In this document: positions 60,034-64,000 of the stretch, one piece after another
How positions within the stretch are numbered: the stretch's first letter is position 1
How the letters are laid out: each line of letters starts with the position of its first letter
Assembly: GCA_963803805.1 (NCBI GenBank)
Contig: CAWDOD010000007.1
Coordinates: 32,001 to 96,000, forward strand
DNA from: an uncultured cyanobacterium
GTDB taxonomy: Bacteria > Cyanobacteriota > Cyanobacteriia > Cyanobacteriales > CAWCAG01
Length of the DNA stretch: 64,000 nucleotides
Direction: 5' to 3'
Made by a program: the position numbers and the translations under genes
The notes under the pieces: generated by a model
Databases searched by the model: none
What the model was told of the DNA's origin: nothing
What the model saw: only the letters and a program-made list of their open reading frames with translations

Positions 60034-63000
60034 ATGCTCTACTCTGATGTATTAAAGACAAGTAAGGGGAAAAATTTAGTTGTACTGTCGGCAATACTGA
60101 TAGGAAGTGTTAACTCACTTTGCGCCCCTCAAATAGCCCAAGGACAGGAATATGTAGAAATTATTCCTGAAACAAAGACAGCAACTCAGTTTGTAGAATC
60201 AGAAACAATAACGTCAGAAACTGTTTCCAACCCAATAGATGAGACAAAGGAAATCGACCTTCCTAATAACAATGCTTCTGAAAAGACTACATCAGCAGTC
60301 AGCATCCTTTCTCCTACAGTTAACAGCATTTTAGATCAACCGGCCGTCACAGTAGTGGTTCAGTATCCTAGGGATGCTGAAATAGAACTAAGAGTTAATG
60401 GACAACCAGTAGATCCTAAACTAATCGGTCGCACAGAAACTAACTCTGCTACGCAATTAATTACCCAGACGTGGTATGCTGTGCCTCTCCAGGCAGGAAC
60501 TAACAGTCTCAGTGCCAACTTATTAGGTCAGCCAGAAACCTTAACTACCACTAGTTTACAAGTAAGAGGACAGCCAAGTGAACTAATGGTCGCCACTAGG
60601 GAAACAAGTATAGATGCTGATGCCCGCTCTACAGCGATAGTGCAAGGTCAATTACAAGACGATAATGGTAACTTAGCTAATTGGGATGGTACTGTCACCC
60701 TAAGTACCAGTGCTGGAGAGTTTGTAGAACCAGACCAAGACTTACAACAACCCGGTTTTCAAGTCAAAGTCACAGATGGTAAATTCCGCACTATCTTACG
60801 CTCAACTTTAGAAGCCCAAACTGTCACTATTCGCGCTAACACCAGAGAGTTAGAAGCCTATACTCAACTACAATTTAAAACTGCATTGCGTCCTAGCTTA
60901 GTTTCTGGAGTTGTTAACATCCGTTTGGGAGCTGGTGGTACAGATTTCTACGATAGTTTCCAAGACTTCCTACCCTTAGATGAGGATGATGATTTTGTCT
61001 TAGATTTTAGTAGCGCTGTCTTTGCTACTTTTCCCATCGGTGAATGGCTATTCACCGGGGCTTATAACAATCAACGCCCCCTTAACCTTGATTGCAATTG
61101 TGACAATCGTCTCTTTCGCAATTATCAAGCCTCAGAAAACCAGTATCCTATCTACGGTGATGATTCTACTTCGGAAATTCTCGCCCCTTCTATAGATAGT
61201 CTCTATTTGCGTCTAGAACGCTCCTCTCCTGTGGTAGGAGCCGCGCCAGATTATGTCATGTGGGGAGACTATAACACCTCAGAGTTTGCAAACCCTTCCC
61301 AATTTTTCACCGCAACAACTCGCCAACTCCACGGCTTTAAAGGCAATTATAATTTAGGCAATCTCCAAGTTAGTGGCTTCTATGCCAACAACACTGAAGG
61401 TTTCCAAAGAGACATTCTCAACCCCGACGGTACTAGCGGCATCTATTTTCTCTCCCAAAGATTGCTAGTTCCTGGTAGTGAGGATGTCTTTATTGAATTA
61501 GAAGAATTAACCCGCCCTGGAACAGTTCTGCAACGAGAACGATTAAGCCGGGGTGCAGATTACGAGATTGATTATGATCGAGGAACGTTGAATTTCCGTG
61601 AACCGCTGTTGCGTACTGATATCGATGCAGAGGGGAATATTTTAGTACGCCGACTAGTGGTTAGTTATCAGTTTGAAGATGGCGGAGAAGATACTAAACT
61701 TTATGGCGGTAGACTGCGCTATCATCTTTCCCGGAATTTAAACCAGGAAAGCTGGTTGGGCGCTACCTATCTTAAGGAGGAACAGGGTGTGCGGGACTTT
61801 GAACTGTACGGTGCAGATGTTTTGCTTTCTCTAGGAGAAAAGGGACGTTTTACCGGTGAATATGCCCATTCTCGCCATAATTCTCCAGAGTTAGGTGCTA
61901 CTGCTGGTTCGGCTTATCGTTTACTTCTAGAAGGGGAAGTAAGTACAGGAATTGCTGGCCGGGCTACTATCAATCCACTGATAATGGTTTTGCTAACCAA
62001 GCAACGGCAAGTTTTGTTCCTGGACAAACTCGTTACGGTGCAGAGTTGCAAGCCCGCCTTTCCCCAAATACTCAATTGAGGGCCAAATATGACCAGGAAA
62101 GTAATCAAGGTAATAACCAGCAAATTCTCACTCCCATCGGTAATGTGCTAGAAGGGTACACCTTAGAAGGTAGTTTAGATAGCTTTCAATCCCAAACTGA
62201 GGTAAATAATTCCCTCACCACCATTTCCCTGGGAGTGCAACAAAAAATTTCTACTGCTACTTTAGATTTTGATTGGATTTATCGCCAACGGGAAGACCAA
62301 ATTAATCCTAATCTAAATAGTAATTCCCAACAGTTGCGATCGCGATTAAGCCTACCCTTAACAGATAATCTTACTTTCCGAGCGCTCAATCAATTAACCT
62401 TAAGTGAACAGACTGATGCTGTTTACGGCGATCGCACTGCTGTAGAGTTAGATTGGCAATTTCTTCCTGGTGTTAATCTCCTATTAGGACAAAATTGGTA
62501 TACGAAAGGGACGCTTGCTGGTAGTTCCATTACTAGTTTGAGTTTGCAGGGTGATTATAATTTTAGTCCTAATACTCGCTTAACAGGGCGCTACAGCCTT
62601 TTAGGGGGTGAGAATGACTGGACGGGACACGGGGCAATAGGATTACAGCATGACTGGCAACTTACCCCTGGTTTAAAGCTTAATCTGGCCTACGAACGGA
62701 TTTTTGGTAACTTTGGCAGCAATGTTATTGGCACAGGAATTAATCAACAATCCCTGACTACAGGTAGCAATAGTTCTGTTTTAGGAGTCACAGAGGGCAA
62801 TAGCTACAGTGTGGGTTTAGACTATGCCAGCGATCCTAACTTTCAATTCTCAGCTAACTGGCAACATCGTTCCTCATCCCAAGGCAGCAACACAGTTATT
62901 TCTGCTTCTGCCCTTGGTAAAATTACCCCCAGTTTATCAGCTTTGTTAGATTTCCATCACGCTAGTTCTACTAGTCCGGCTCTGAGTGGCTTAGGAAGTT

Positions 63001-63527
63001 CGACAGATTTAAAGCTGGGTCTAGCTTTCCGCGATCCCCACAGTGATGAATTTAACGCTTTGCTTAAGTACGAATATCGTCGCAACCCTGCCACCATTCC
63101 TGATACTATTTTATTCGGCAGTGGTACAGGATCTCAAGAACATCTTTTCTCCGCTGAAGCGATTTATGCTCCTAATTGGCAGTGGGAATTTTATGGTAAG
63201 TATGCTTTCCGTACTAGCACTACCTATTTAGCGAATGATTTTGTTGCTAACTCTATAGTTTCCCTAGCACAGCTAAGGGCTACTTATCGCCTTGGTTATA
63301 GTTGGGATTTAGTAGGAGAGGCACGCTGGATCACTCAACCCACAGCCGGCTACAGTGAAACTGGCTTTCTTCTGGAAACGGGTTACTATCTAACCTCTAA
63401 TTTACGCTTGGCAGCAGGTTACTCTTTAGGGGATATTAGTGATCGAGATTTTAGTGGTTCTCGTTCTGCTGGTGGCCCTTATGTGAATCTTACTCTGAAA
63501 TTCGATGATCTTTTCTTTGGGAATTAA
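60034..63527 (+). CDS. Large outer-membrane beta-barrel protein with N-terminal Ig-like domains, split by a frameshift at about 61964
   Basis: ORFs 60034-62079 and 62046-63527 join with one added base to read AGRAYYQSTDNGFANQATASFVPGQTRYGAELQARL. YPIYGDDS and DYEIDYDRG motifs; many amphipathic beta strands up to the C-terminus. Confidence 0.75.
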
Positions 63528-63768
63528 GCATTGGACATAAATTACAATGTCTTTTGAAACATACAACATCAAGATAGTAGCCTATCCTTCTTGAGCATTG
63601 ACATTTAACACTAACAAAAAATCAAAAATATACACAGGAGAATCTAAACTTTCTCAAAGAGAAGGTAACTAATATTTAGTTTGGGAGGTAAAATGCTGGT
63701 TATCTCTCAAAACCAAAAATTAGGTCAATGTCTGCTTAGTATGACCTCAAATTCTCTGAGATTAATTA

Positions 63769-64000
63769 ATGAGAAGCCACCAGCAGAGCCGCAAATTCAG
63801 TTTTCAACCATTGAAGCTCTCAGCAACCTTATCAAAAAGGCTGCATCAGAGCTTATTCGTGATCCCTGCAATCATTACTAGTACCAGCTTTTATTCCCCT
63901 CTAGTTAGCGCCCAGTCTATTATTAGGGAAGCAAACAGTACAGGAACGATAGTTAACCAACAAGGTGATATTTATCAGATTGAGGGTGGAACTCAAGCAG
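63769..64000 (+). CDS. Filamentous-haemagglutinin (TPS) N-terminal domain protein, partial
   Basis: Stop-free frame from ATG 63769 to the window end: signal-like region, then VSA-QSIIREANSTGTIVNQQGDIYQIEGGTQA. Confidence 0.75.
   Translation, partial: MRSHQQSRKFSFQPLKLSATLSKRLHQSLFVIPAIITSTSFYSPLVSAQSIIREANSTGTIVNQQGDIYQIEGGTQA

Noticed and set aside
63681-63881. 66-aa ORF in the track
   Set aside because: It overlaps the frame from ATG 63769 that encodes a recognisable TPS/haemagglutinin N-terminus.

Overview
An AT-rich cyanobacterial chromosomal window; the HIP1 octamer GCGATCGC occurs more than 20 times, with short heptamer tandem repeats in spacers. Most of it is ordinary core content: fabG, thioredoxin, psb29, cpcT, hemF, larC, ycf29, lysS-KTSC, hfq, dapF, queA, gmd, a cobalamin riboswitch with hupE/ureJ-cobW, and tRNA-Thr(CGT). 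Two loci stand out. (1) The ORF-free 17.9-18.6 kb spacer holds a minus-strand tandem array of about five structured non-coding modules behind one promoter: a branched stem-loop, three tRNA-like elements and a 300-nt multibranch RNA. The array leads into a repeat-expanded SPFH/Band-7 (slipin) gene, and no RtcB or Ro60 gene is in the window. (2) A four-gene DUF11 / outer-membrane barrel operon (55.2-63.5 kb) has a strand layout suggesting a fibre polymerised by donor-strand complementation and possibly isopeptide bonds, behind a structured leader. Also present are a MITE with an 8-bp target duplication, an internally deleted IS1, a TAAGCTG-ended repeat family that overlaps stop codons, and three apparent single-base frameshifts. 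All calls are from reading the sequence by eye; no searches or folding programs were run.
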